From: a virus
Reading direction: 5' to 3' (one strand)
Virus record (IMG/VR): IMGVR_UViG_2922401287_000005
Span: 1-29,640 of that record
DNA length: 29,640 bases
A program made the translations under genes and the position numbers. Each line of letters starts with the position of its first letter. Position 1 is the stretch's first letter. The notes beneath the pieces were generated by a model, which had not been told where the DNA came from, did no database searches, and saw nothing but the letters and a program-made list of their open reading frames with translations. Below, one piece after another: positions 16,337 through 24,977 of the stretch.

Positions 16337-16647
16337 GATGGGACCTGATTGAGGTTGGCGGCCGCGCGCCCGGTCAGGCCCCGCATCAGCGAGAGCCTGT
16401 TCTGGTCGATCGCGGCCTGCGAGACGGTGAGGATGCCTTGCACGATCGAGGTGCCGTCGACCGGCGCCACGAACGTGTCGAGGATCGAGGGCGCGACCAG
16501 CGCATCCTGAATGTCGGAGACGAGCTGGGCGGCGTTGAGCTTGATCGCGGTGAGCGTGGCGCGACTGGCGGATGCCAGCGGGTTCGCCGCGTCGACCTGT
16601 GCCTGAAGGAAGGCAAGCTCGGCGAGGATGTTGGGAGAGATTGCCAT
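16333..16647 (-). CDS. Hypothetical helical baseplate-region protein
   Basis: 104 aa, SD GAGG, ATGA-coupled to gpX. Confidence 0.65.
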   Translation of the reverse strand: MAISPNILAELAFLQAQVDAANPLASASRATLTAIKLNAAQLVSDIQDALVAPSILDTFVAPVDGTSIVQGILTVSQAAIDQNRLSLMRGLTGRAAANLNQVPS

Positions 16648-16654
16648 ATTGCCC

Positions 16655-17143
16655 TCAGATCGGCGGCGTGCCGGCCGGAACGGCCGCGCCGCCGAATGGA
16701 TCGGTCGCCGCGCTCGAGGCCGAGCTCAGATCGCTTGAGACGTTGCTGTCGACGGAGGAGTCGACCGCGGTCAGGTCGCCCTGCGTGGGGTCCTGCGCGA
16801 CCACGCAGGAAATGTCGTAGGTCACCCAATTCGGTAAGCGCTTCACCTTGAAGGTGAACTTCTCGATCACGACCTGCTTGGTCTGGCCTCCCCAGATCAG
16901 CGGGATGACCTCACCGGCAACGCGCATGGCGTCCAGCGCCAGCGCCTGATCGAACGCATTGTCGGCGAACATCTGTCCGGTGAACGCAACCGGAGCGTCG
17001 TCCGGCCCGAGCGTGTCGATGACGCGCGAACCGCCCGGCAGCTTGTGCACGACCATGGCTTGATTGCCGCCGCCGGGCATCTCGTTCGGAACGGAGAAAT
17101 CCTCGAAGGCAAAGCCTCCGAGGATCAGGACGTCGGTTGCCAT
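16655..17143 (-). CDS. Tail tube initiator (P2 gpU-like)
   Basis: LILGGFAF..FSVP...HKLPGGSRVIDTLG...LDAMR.AGEVIPLIWG...VVIEKF; follows the tape measure. Confidence 0.8.
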   Translation of the reverse strand: MATDVLILGGFAFEDFSVPNEMPGGGNQAMVVHKLPGGSRVIDTLGPDDAPVAFTGQMFADNAFDQALALDAMRVAGEVIPLIWGGQTKQVVIEKFTFKVKRLPNWVTYDISCVVAQDPTQGDLTAVDSSVDSNVSSDLSSASSAATDPFGGAAVPAGTPPI

Positions 17144-17151
17144 GGAGCGCC

Positions 17152-19140
17152 TTACGTTGTGACGGTGTTGTGATCGCCGTCGAACCAGCGGCCCACGCCA
17201 TCAGGCGACGGGGCCCCGGTCGGGAAACCGAGCAGGGCCTCGAGCTCGTCGGAGATGGCCTGCGCCAGCGTCCGACCGTCGATCTGCAGCGAGAGCGAAA
17301 TCTGGCTCGGCTTGTTGCGCTCGATGCCCGGATTCCAGCTCTGCAGCTGGATGCCGGGCTTGAGGTTCGGGTGATAGCCCGAGCGCGGATTGTAGGAAGG
17401 CGGCCCAGATGGGGTCGCCTGCGTCGTCGGAGGCACGCCGCCCGGCACGATGCCGCCCGGCGCGACTTCCGTGCCCAGCACCATGCCCGCCGGCGGTGAC
17501 CACGCCGGTGACGGCGGAGCGGCCCCGTCGGACTTCGCGTCGCCGCGCGGCCCGCCTCCGGCCCTCGGGTTGTGGTTCGGCGCACTGCTGAACCAGCCGC
17601 CGATGGAGTGGTAGAGCGCCACGAGCTTGTCGACGAAGCCCGTGATCGCGCTGTAGATGCCGTTGAACGCGGCCTTGATGTCATCCCAGTGAAAGGCCGC
17701 GAAAGTCGCGGCCGCTGCGACGACAGCTGCGATGGCACCTCCGATCAGCGTCGCGCTGCCGACCAGCGCACCGATGGTCACCGTGCCGAGAGCAACAAGC
17801 AACACGGCGCCGATGGTCACGAGTCCCGCCGCAAGACCGGCCGTCACTTGGAAGATCATGTCGATGGTCTTGGGATCGAGGCCCCTCACCTTGTCGGTGA
17901 CCCACTTGATGCCGTCGGCGATCTTGTTGAGGAAGGTCGCAAAGCGCTCTCCCTCCGGCCCGCCGATGGCAACCATCAGGTTGTGCCACGCGGTGCTCAT
18001 GTTCTGCTGCGCGGCGTGGATGTTCTTGTCGTAGCCGGCAAGACCCTGATCGACGGTCGCGCCCTGCTCGAGGCCCTTGGTTTCGCGCTCGATCTGGGCG
18101 CGGGCAAGGTACATATCCGAGATGAAGCGCTGCGTCGTCTGGCGGCCCAGGATCTCCGAGATCGCCTGCATCTGCTTGTCGGTGTCGGTGATGCCCATCG
18201 CCTTGAAGCGATCGAGGATCGCGTTGACGAAGTTCATCGGGTCCTTGTTGACCAGACCGAGCAGGCGATCCTTGGCTTCGTCATGCAGGATGACGCGGCC
18301 GTGGTCGGTGTGAAATTCGCCGTCCTTGATAAGGCCGTACTTGTGCATCGCCTCGGCGTTGCGGGTGAACATCTGGCCCGTCATCTGCTGGCGCAGCGAC
18401 AGAAGCGAGGTGCCGGCGCGGGCGCCGCCCATCATCTGGGAGACGATCGCCATGTGCTCGTAGCCTTCTTGCGAGAGACCACGGAGCGAGACGCCACCGC
18501 CCTGCTGGGCGAGCTGGAACAGAACGTCGGCGTTGACCTGGCCGTGGGTCGCGGCCTCAAGCCGCGCAGCCATGTCGAACCAGTCCTTCACCTTGTGCGG
18601 GTCGATCTTGCCTTGATCGTCGGTCAGTCGGCCGGAGTCCTCGCCCGCGCGCAGCAAGGTGCGGATGCTGTCCTCGGGATGGCTCCCGGGATGGCGCATC
18701 TGCATGAGGCGCGCGTAGCGCGAGGCGTAGGGCAAAAGCTCCATCGCCTCTTCGGGGTCCTGAATGGCGCCAAAGATGCCGCCGTAGATTTTGCTGACGT
18801 CCTCGACCTTCATGCCGAGTTCGCCGCCGATCTTGAACGATTGCCTCTGGATTTCGCCCGACTTGACGAGCTCCGCGACCTTCGGGTTCAGCTGCGAGAC
18901 CTTGGTCATCACATCCTGAAAGTCGGCCGCCTTCTCCACGATCTTCGTCATGGCGCCGAGGATCGTGGCGCCGGTCAGGATCGCGCCGACGCCGAGCAGC
19001 GCCGTGCTCCAGCCGGCGAAGTTCTGGTTGATCTGTCCGGTCGAGGTATGGAGCTTGAGAAGATCCTGCCCTATGATTGCAAGGACCGGCGAGACGCCGT
19101 TGGCGAGAACAATGGAGACGCCAATCTGGTATGCGTTCAC
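17152..19140 (-). CDS. Tape measure protein (662 aa)
   Basis: Long helical protein: AYQIGVSIVL N-terminus, GGARAGTSL core motif, hydrophobic segments, ISLSLQIDGRTLAQAI C-terminal motif. Confidence 0.9.
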   Translation of the reverse strand: MNAYQIGVSIVLANGVSPVLAIIGQDLLKLHTSTGQINQNFAGWSTALLGVGAILTGATILGAMTKIVEKAADFQDVMTKVSQLNPKVAELVKSGEIQRQSFKIGGELGMKVEDVSKIYGGIFGAIQDPEEAMELLPYASRYARLMQMRHPGSHPEDSIRTLLRAGEDSGRLTDDQGKIDPHKVKDWFDMAARLEAATHGQVNADVLFQLAQQGGGVSLRGLSQEGYEHMAIVSQMMGGARAGTSLLSLRQQMTGQMFTRNAEAMHKYGLIKDGEFHTDHGRVILHDEAKDRLLGLVNKDPMNFVNAILDRFKAMGITDTDKQMQAISEILGRQTTQRFISDMYLARAQIERETKGLEQGATVDQGLAGYDKNIHAAQQNMSTAWHNLMVAIGGPEGERFATFLNKIADGIKWVTDKVRGLDPKTIDMIFQVTAGLAAGLVTIGAVLLVALGTVTIGALVGSATLIGGAIAAVVAAAATFAAFHWDDIKAAFNGIYSAITGFVDKLVALYHSIGGWFSSAPNHNPRAGGGPRGDAKSDGAAPPSPAWSPPAGMVLGTEVAPGGIVPGGVPPTTQATPSGPPSYNPRSGYHPNLKPGIQLQSWNPGIERNKPSQISLSLQIDGRTLAQAISDELEALLGFPTGAPSPDGVGRWFDGDHNTVTT

Positions 19141-19168
19141 GTCGACACCTTGATTTTAGAGGCTTTTG

Positions 19169-19729
19169 ATGCGTTTTTTCTTGATGGGCCCCCGAATGAT
19201 GGGCCTTCGCCCCGGCATCAGCTTCGGGGCAAATGATTTCCGTCGCGCGGTGTCCCGGCAGGGTGCTGCCGACAACCACATGACCGGTACTTTCGTCTAC
19301 GTGATCCGCGGCGCCGGAAATCGACACAAGATCGGCGTCTCCATCGACCCCATCACGCGGATCGCAGACCTGCAGACCGGCTCGCCCGAGCCGCTCGACT
19401 TCGCCTACATCGGCGTGACGCCCGGCACGGGCTACAACATCGAGAGCCTCGCCCACGACCTTCTGGACGACCATTGCGTCAGCGGCGAGTGGTTCGCGGT
19501 GCCGGCCTCGATCGCGATCGGCACCGTGCTGGAGGCCGCGAACCGGCTCGCCGAGCCGATCCAGCAGGTTCAGCCAGCGATGGTCCCGCAGATCATTCAG
19601 CTTGCGAAGCAGCCCGACCCGGCGACGGGCAAGAAGCCCGCGCCGCGGTGGATGTGGTGGACGCTGTGGGCCTGCATCGCGATCTTCGCGCTGCTGGTGC
19701 TGCTGGTCGAGACCGCGCCGAAGCACTAA
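19169..19729 (+). CDS. T5orf172/GIY-YIG-like domain protein with a C-terminal TM anchor (antisense moron)
   Basis: FVYVI...HKIGVS.DP..RI..LQTGSP...IE..AH..L...GEWF; WMWWTLWACIAIFALLVLLV; SD GAGG before ATG 19169. Confidence 0.8.
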   Translation: MRFFLMGPRMMGLRPGISFGANDFRRAVSRQGAADNHMTGTFVYVIRGAGNRHKIGVSIDPITRIADLQTGSPEPLDFAYIGVTPGTGYNIESLAHDLLDDHCVSGEWFAVPASIAIGTVLEAANRLAEPIQQVQPAMVPQIIQLAKQPDPATGKKPAPRWMWWTLWACIAIFALLVLLVETAPKH

Positions 19730-20187
19730 TCCTCGGTGATCCGGGCCTGTCCCGACAGCTTGCCGTGAACCGCCTTGCCGAGGCGCTCCAGCACTTCCGG
19801 CGTCTTTTCCTTCAGCGCCGGCTCGAGGAACGGTCGCGGCACCATGCGGCTGGTGCCGAGCTCCTGCCACACAGCGATCTTGCTGTCCGTGCCGATGGTC
19901 GCCTCGTTGTGCCCGACCCTGTGATGGATCGAGTCACGCAGCTCGCCGGTGCGCAGCAACGGCTTGTCGGCAGCGAAGCCCTTGTTGACGCGATCCCGCT
20001 TGGTTCGCTCCGAGAGCGGCAGCCAGGTCGTCGGCCAGTGCGCGTCGTAGGTGCCGATGTAGGCCTTGGCCTGCTTCTCGACGACCTTGGCCGCGCCCTC
20101 GAGGGCGCGATGGGTCTCGTGCTCGATCTCGAAGCCGACCGTTCCGAAGAACTTGGCGGCCTCGAACAGCGACATGGTCTTGGTCAT
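19726..20187 (-). CDS. Virion morphogenesis / tail completion protein (HK97 gp10 / Mu gpG-like)
   Basis: WLPLSERTK...KPLLRTGELRDSI...ATIGTD...WQELGTSRMVPRPFLEPA. Confidence 0.85.
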   Translation of the reverse strand: MTKTMSLFEAAKFFGTVGFEIEHETHRALEGAAKVVEKQAKAYIGTYDAHWPTTWLPLSERTKRDRVNKGFAADKPLLRTGELRDSIHHRVGHNEATIGTDSKIAVWQELGTSRMVPRPFLEPALKEKTPEVLERLGKAVHGKLSGQARITED

Positions 20188-21542
20188 CAGAGCTTCCCGT
20201 CGTCGTCTTTGGTGGCCTGCTGTTCGGGCGCCGGCGACCGCTCCGGCGTCGCTTCCTTGCCGTAGGTGAAGCCCGGGACGGACCCCATGTTGCGGAGCTG
20301 ATACTGCTCGTAGCGGCCGCGCTCGCCGTTGATGTCGAAGTGCATCAGGTCGCGCTCGCCGCCGCCGCCGAGCGCAGTGCCGAAGGCGCCGCCCCATGCG
20401 AACTGGCCGTTGAGCTCGGGATGGCGAGCCTGCTGCTCACCGTGCGCGTGACGGGCGAGCAGCTGATACATCCCACCCGGGTCCTCGCCACGATTGCGCA
20501 GCGTGTTGCCGTCGGGGTCGATGATGTGGAAGTCCGCGGCGCGGCCGTTGTGGTTGACCTGACCCGGGCCGCGAAAGCCCGAGGTCATCTCGACCTTGTA
20601 GCCGGGCGGAAGGTGCGCGGCAGCAGCGCCAACGATCTCAGGGATGCGCGGATCGACCCGGCTGTCGACATTGCCGACCAGTCGGCCGCCGCCCGTCGAT
20701 GGCCCCGTATAGGCCGGCGAGCTGGTCGCAGCCGAGGGGATGCTCATGGGGTTCGAGAGCTGCTCCTTGCGGCGCTCGACCTCCCTGCCCCAGCCCTGCT
20801 CGAAGCTGTCATGGGTCTGCGGACCGCGCATCCCGGGATACGGGTTGCCGCCGATGTTGGTCATGGCGCCGCGCGTGTAGAAACCGAGGCCCTGCTGGTG
20901 CATCAGGTACATCTCGGTGTCGGTCGGATCGCGGCCGAAGTTCTTCCTGAACGAGTTGCGGTTGGCGTCGAACATGCGGGCTGCCGCCATCGCGTTGTCG
21001 TGCGCCGAGTAAGGGTCACCACCCTGGCCGAAGCGCTCCCACTCGTTGCCCTCGCCGCGCGTCCCGACCTGATAGAGCCCCTTGTACTGGGTGTTCTTGT
21101 TCCGGTTGGACTCGGGGTCGTTGCTGCTCTCGATCGAGGCGACCGACCGCATGAAGTTCGGGTCGAGATGGTAGGCCTTGGCAGCGCCGACGATCTCCTT
21201 GTCGACCTCCGGCGAGCCGCGGTGGACGATGCGCCCGGTGGGGCGCGTCGGGCTCGGCAGCAGCGGATCGAGGTCGCCCTCGCCGCCGAAACGCTGCCTG
21301 ACAGGCTGCGGCGCGGCATCGCGGTGCCCTGCCGGGTGACCCGGATAATGGTGGTTGTTGCTCACGCGGGGGCTCGCGCCCCCGCCCGAGATCGAATAGT
21401 CGGAAGGGCCTCGCCCCTCGGCGCGGCCTTCCGGGACATAGTCGGCACTGCCAGCGGTCGGCGTGACGCGCTCGGGCTCACCCTCGGTGAGCATGACGAG
21501 CCCGATCTCGCGGCCGCCGACCGTGATCTTGCCGATTTGCAC
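20187..21542 (-). CDS. Two-domain peptidoglycan hydrolase: lytic transglycosylase (SLT) + M15-like Zn peptidase
   Basis: VASIESS.DP, YKGLYQ, YLMHQQG (SLT); VEMTSGFR, NHNGRAADF (HxxxxxD-type), DLMHFD (M15-like). Confidence 0.75.
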   Translation of the reverse strand: MQIGKITVGGREIGLVMLTEGEPERVTPTAGSADYVPEGRAEGRGPSDYSISGGGASPRVSNNHHYPGHPAGHRDAAPQPVRQRFGGEGDLDPLLPSPTRPTGRIVHRGSPEVDKEIVGAAKAYHLDPNFMRSVASIESSNDPESNRNKNTQYKGLYQVGTRGEGNEWERFGQGGDPYSAHDNAMAAARMFDANRNSFRKNFGRDPTDTEMYLMHQQGLGFYTRGAMTNIGGNPYPGMRGPQTHDSFEQGWGREVERRKEQLSNPMSIPSAATSSPAYTGPSTGGGRLVGNVDSRVDPRIPEIVGAAAAHLPPGYKVEMTSGFRGPGQVNHNGRAADFHIIDPDGNTLRNRGEDPGGMYQLLARHAHGEQQARHPELNGQFAWGGAFGTALGGGGERDLMHFDINGERGRYEQYQLRNMGSVPGFTYGKEATPERSPAPEQQATKDDDGKL

Positions 21543-21545
21543 TTG

Positions 21546-21728
21546 CTATGTCCCGATGAACGTCATGCGGTCCCAGTCGAACTGCTTGTTGCCGTTCTCG
21601 TACTGGGCAAAGGTGATCGCGTAGGAGACGAGCTCCCACTCTTCCATCGCGTGCGCGACATCGAACGGGACGCCGTTTTTGATGCACCAAAGGGTGAGCT
21701 TAAAAACGACGTCCTCGGTTAGTTTTTT
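21546..21728 (-). CDS. -1 frameshift extension of the tail assembly chaperone (gpGT-like); not in the ORF track
   Basis: Slippery A AAA AAC (21722-21728) just before the chaperone stop. The -1 frame reads LTEDVVFKLTLWCIKNGVPFDVAHAMEEWELVSYAITFAQYENGNKQFDWDRMTFIGT*. Confidence 0.8.
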   Translation of the reverse strand, partial: KKLTEDVVFKLTLWCIKNGVPFDVAHAMEEWELVSYAITFAQYENGNKQFDWDRMTFIGT

Positions 21729-22117
21729 GCCGTCTCTTTCGAGTCGACCTGGGTTTCTGCGGTCTGCAGCTTGGCGAGGGCGCGGCTGGCGGCGGCGAGA
21801 CCTTCGGCATCGAGCATGTCGAACACGGCATCGAGCTCGCCCCGCGTCCGGGGGAACGGGATCGGCGCGCTGTTGATCTCGCAGACCGCGGCCGCGATCG
21901 CGAGCGGCAGGCGGTCCGGGACGAAATGTTTGACGCCGTCGGGGGTGATATGTTCGCCGGAGCCGGCCAGGTCCGGCGTCATGCCGGTGAGCTTAGTCTG
22001 CTCGGAGGGGCGCAGCTTGCGCACGCCGATCACGCGGCCGAGGTCGTCGGCCTCGCGCTCGATGCGCTTGTAGCGCGCCATGATCATCTCGCTCTGGGTG
22101 GGGTTCATTGCGTTCAT
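21719..22117 (-). CDS. Tail assembly chaperone (gpG-like), 132 aa
   Basis: Follows the tube gene; DDLGRVIGVRKL...AAAVCEINSAPIPFP...LDAEGLAA; ends AKN at the slippery site. Confidence 0.85.
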   Translation of the reverse strand: MNAMNPTQSEMIMARYKRIEREADDLGRVIGVRKLRPSEQTKLTGMTPDLAGSGEHITPDGVKHFVPDRLPLAIAAAVCEINSAPIPFPRTRGELDAVFDMLDAEGLAAASRALAKLQTAETQVDSKETAKN

Positions 22118-22158
22118 CGAAATTCCTGTGGGGGCTTGGAGAGAGGACGTGATCCGGA

Positions 22159-22596
22159 TCAGGCGATCTGGATCTTGGTGGACGCCATGCCGGTCAGCGT
22201 CAGCGTCGTCGCCTTGTCGCGGCTGATGTTGCCGTGATTGTCGAGGAAGATGACGAAGTTGCTGTACTGGTAGCGCGACACGGAGCCATCGGGATTGGTG
22301 ATGCTCTCGTTGAGGAAGCCGGGCTTCTGAACCGCGCCAGCGTTGAAGTTCGCCTCGGACTTCACCATGAAGTCCTCGAGCGTCGGGCCGCTGCGGGTGA
22401 TCGTGAAGTCGACCTTGTAGCCATCCGGCACGAAGCCGTAGCGCGGGAAGTCGTTGTACGGCATCGTCTTGATGTCGTGCTTGAGCGCCTGAATCTTGAC
22501 GTCCTGCACGTCGCCCATGTCCACGATGGTGCCGGTGGCGCCATCGTAGAACGCAAGGCTGTAGTCCGTGCCGACGTTCATCCCATTGACGGGCAT
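22159..22596 (-). CDS. Tail tube protein
   Basis: 145-aa beta-rich protein after the sheath; PDGYKVDFTITR...ESITNPDGSVSRYQY. Confidence 0.85.
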   Translation of the reverse strand: MPVNGMNVGTDYSLAFYDGATGTIVDMGDVQDVKIQALKHDIKTMPYNDFPRYGFVPDGYKVDFTITRSGPTLEDFMVKSEANFNAGAVQKPGFLNESITNPDGSVSRYQYSNFVIFLDNHGNISRDKATTLTLTGMASTKIQIA

Positions 22597-22612
22597 TGGC
22601 AGTTCTCCAAAG

Positions 22613-22639
22613 AAAAAGCCCGCTCACAAAGGAGCGGGC
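22613..22639 (-). terminator. Terminator-like hairpin between sheath and tube
   Basis: Minus strand GCCCGCTC-CTTTGT-GAGCGGGC followed by T5. Confidence 0.6.
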
Positions 22640-22661
22640 CGGGTTACGGGATGGGTTGGGA

Positions 22662-24614
22662 TCAGACGCCGGAGTTGACCTGCGTCTGGAACTGCTGCGC
22701 GGTCGGCTGCGTCGACTGCACGGTGACGCTGACGTTGCCGCCACCCTGGAACTTGACCACGAAGTAGCGGACCACGTTCAGGTAGCGGACCGTCCAGTAC
22801 AGGAACAGGTAACCGCGGGCCTGCAGGTCCGGCGGGTTGTTCGAGAGATCGCAGACCACCGACCAAGGCTTGTCGATCATGCCCTGCCCGTTGATGCCGA
22901 GGCCGACCTGCGGCGAGGCGAGCTGCGCCGAGAAGCCGTCGAACAGCGCCTTCGCCTTCGCGCGGGTCTGGTCGTTGGGCTGAATGGACTGCAGCTGACC
23001 GATGATGCTGCCTGCCGCCTTGCTCTGCGCAGCGCGGATCAGGAAGTTCGTCATGCGGGTGTATTCGACACCGTTCGCTGCCGTGTTGCTCGAGGCGTTA
23101 CGGCCGGTGGCGAACGAGAAGTAGAACCCGCCGGGCGAGGAGCTCGGCGGCAGGATGGTGTCGATGCCGCCGAGGTTGATCTGCGACAACTCGGTGTCCG
23201 AATAGGTCTGTCCGAGCTGGCTGCGCTGCGTGGAAGTGACACCCCCCAGCGGCTTGTTCAGCGGCGACTGCTGCGGCGAGAGATTGCCGACGATGCCGAT
23301 GCCGAACGCAGCCGGGTTGATGAGCCGCGTGTAGCCGTTGAAGCTGTCGAAGAACGACGGCCAGTCGCCCATGAGGAGCCACATCCACGGCGTGTCGACG
23401 CCGGAATTGATCCGCGTCGCCAGCGCGTTGGCGATGCTGTCGCCCTTCACGGTGCCCATGATGGGCATCATGGTCTCGGAGAGGCCGAAAGACGTGATCG
23501 CGGCGTAGAAGGCCGGCGTCGACAGATCGCACAGCGTGAAGCAGTCGCAGCTCGAGTTGCGCAGGACATACATGCCCTTGCGCGGCACGACGTCCTGACC
23601 CATCAGCGTCGCGTCGGTGACACCGGCGGCGCCGTCGGTGCCGCCGGAGAACGTGTAGGTCTGGCCCACCACCGGCATCAGGGTCGAGACGCCCGCGGTC
23701 GCAACCACGAACTGGCTCTGGCCGCGCACCGCGTTGCCGTTGTTGATGACGTTGGCGAGATTGGTCCAGAAGGTCTGCCACGTGCCGACGCCGCCCGTGA
23801 GCGTCGCGCCAGAAACCGTGATGTTGGTCGAGACCTTGGCAAGCGTCAGCGCGTTACCGCCGGTGCCCGCGTTGGTGCCCGTCCCGGAGAACTGGTTCGC
23901 CGTGATCGAGAGCGTCGAGCCCGACAGGCCGTAGGTGCACTTGACGAGGCCGGTATCCTGCGAGGCCAGCAGGAAGGTCAGCAGGTTCGACAGCGTGACC
24001 GGCAGCGAGGTGCCGATGTTGACCTGCATCCCGGTCGCGCCGGACGCCACGAAGGTGATCGCGGAGCCCGCGATGGTCAGCGTGTCGTTGGCGGTGGGCT
24101 GGCCCGTGAAGGTGGCTGAGCCGGTCGCTGCCGTCGGACCCGCCACGTTGTTGAACTGCTCGGGCACCAGCCCGGGGAACGCCACGATCGCCATCAGCGA
24201 CTGCGCGGCCGTGCCGAACTGCAGCGATGCCGTGATCTGGTTGCCGAGCGACCCGGTGCACGCCCCGGTCAGCGTCAGCGCACCGGACTGGATCGACGCG
24301 GTCGCGGCCAGGTCGGTGCCGTCGGTGACGCGCACGCAATAGAAGCCGATCGAGCCGCCGACTTGCGTGGCTGCCGACACATAGGACGAGATGTCGTAGG
24401 GTCGCACCTGCGGCGGGCCGATGTAGATCGCCGCGTCAGCGGGCTTGGACACCGGGATCAGCGCGTTGGTCTTGCCCCACGAGGCAACGCCGACCAGACC
24501 TTCGATGTTGGTCGGCGTGCCCGCGATGAACGGGGTCGGAAGGATGATGTCGCCATAGACGCCCGGAACGCTGAGCGCGGCGAGGTTCTGCTGGCCGTCG
24601 AGGAAAACGGGCAT
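22662..24614 (-). CDS. Tail sheath protein (650 aa)
   Basis: LSVPGVY...GLVGVASWG N-terminus, FSGGTDGAAG, and a C-terminal YTRMTNF...VVCD.SNNP...VRYLNVVRYF sheath pattern. Confidence 0.92.
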   Translation of the reverse strand: MPVFLDGQQNLAALSVPGVYGDIILPTPFIAGTPTNIEGLVGVASWGKTNALIPVSKPADAAIYIGPPQVRPYDISSYVSAATQVGGSIGFYCVRVTDGTDLAATASIQSGALTLTGACTGSLGNQITASLQFGTAAQSLMAIVAFPGLVPEQFNNVAGPTAATGSATFTGQPTANDTLTIAGSAITFVASGATGMQVNIGTSLPVTLSNLLTFLLASQDTGLVKCTYGLSGSTLSITANQFSGTGTNAGTGGNALTLAKVSTNITVSGATLTGGVGTWQTFWTNLANVINNGNAVRGQSQFVVATAGVSTLMPVVGQTYTFSGGTDGAAGVTDATLMGQDVVPRKGMYVLRNSSCDCFTLCDLSTPAFYAAITSFGLSETMMPIMGTVKGDSIANALATRINSGVDTPWMWLLMGDWPSFFDSFNGYTRLINPAAFGIGIVGNLSPQQSPLNKPLGGVTSTQRSQLGQTYSDTELSQINLGGIDTILPPSSSPGGFYFSFATGRNASSNTAANGVEYTRMTNFLIRAAQSKAAGSIIGQLQSIQPNDQTRAKAKALFDGFSAQLASPQVGLGINGQGMIDKPWSVVCDLSNNPPDLQARGYLFLYWTVRYLNVVRYFVVKFQGGGNVSVTVQSTQPTAQQFQTQVNSGV

Positions 24615-24630
24615 CGAGTGCTTCTCCAAT

Positions 24631-24654
24631 AAAAAACCCGCCTTGCGGCGGGTT
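24631..24654 (-). terminator. Terminator-like hairpin (GCAA loop) just upstream of the sheath gene
   Basis: Minus strand AACCCGCC-GCAA-GGCGGGTT followed by TTTT. Confidence 0.7.
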
Positions 24655-24690
24655 CACATCGAGGGATGGACGGACGGGTGTGACGGCGGA

Positions 24691-24966
24691 TCAGGTCGCC
24701 GACGACGCGGATGAGGCGGCGGCAGGAGCCGGGGCCTGAACCGAAGCGGGCGTCGCGGCCGGAGCGGCCGAGGTCGCCGGAGCCGGGGTCACAGGCGCCG
24801 CGGGCGCCGGAGCTGCCGCTGCGGCGTTGGTCGGCGTGCCAGCCACCTTGTTGACGTGGACGTGGTTGTGGCTCGCGAGGATCTGCTCGATCTCGCTCAC
24901 CTCGGTGACGAGCTGACCCTTCAGGTAGTTGCCGAACTCATGGATGATGACGAGGACGTGGTTCAC
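24691..24966 (-). CDS. Small phage protein with an Ala/Pro-rich tail
   Basis: LVIIHEFGNYLKGQLVTE N-domain plus a low-complexity AP tail; typical pre-sheath position. Confidence 0.7.
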   Translation of the reverse strand: MNHVLVIIHEFGNYLKGQLVTEVSEIEQILASHNHVHVNKVAGTPTNAAAAAPAPAAPVTPAPATSAAPAATPASVQAPAPAAASSASSAT

Positions 24967-24977
24967 GGTGGTGCCCT

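Noticed and set aside
21478-21690. 70-aa ORF MVHQKRRPV...
   Set aside because: Wrong frame; the -1 frameshift frame ending at 21546 explains the gap better.
12145-24614. T6SS or eCIS (Afp/PVC) rather than a prophage
   Set aside because: Head-tail connector, head closure, gp10-like and lysis genes are present; no TssJLM, ClpV or Afp15-type AAA ATPase.
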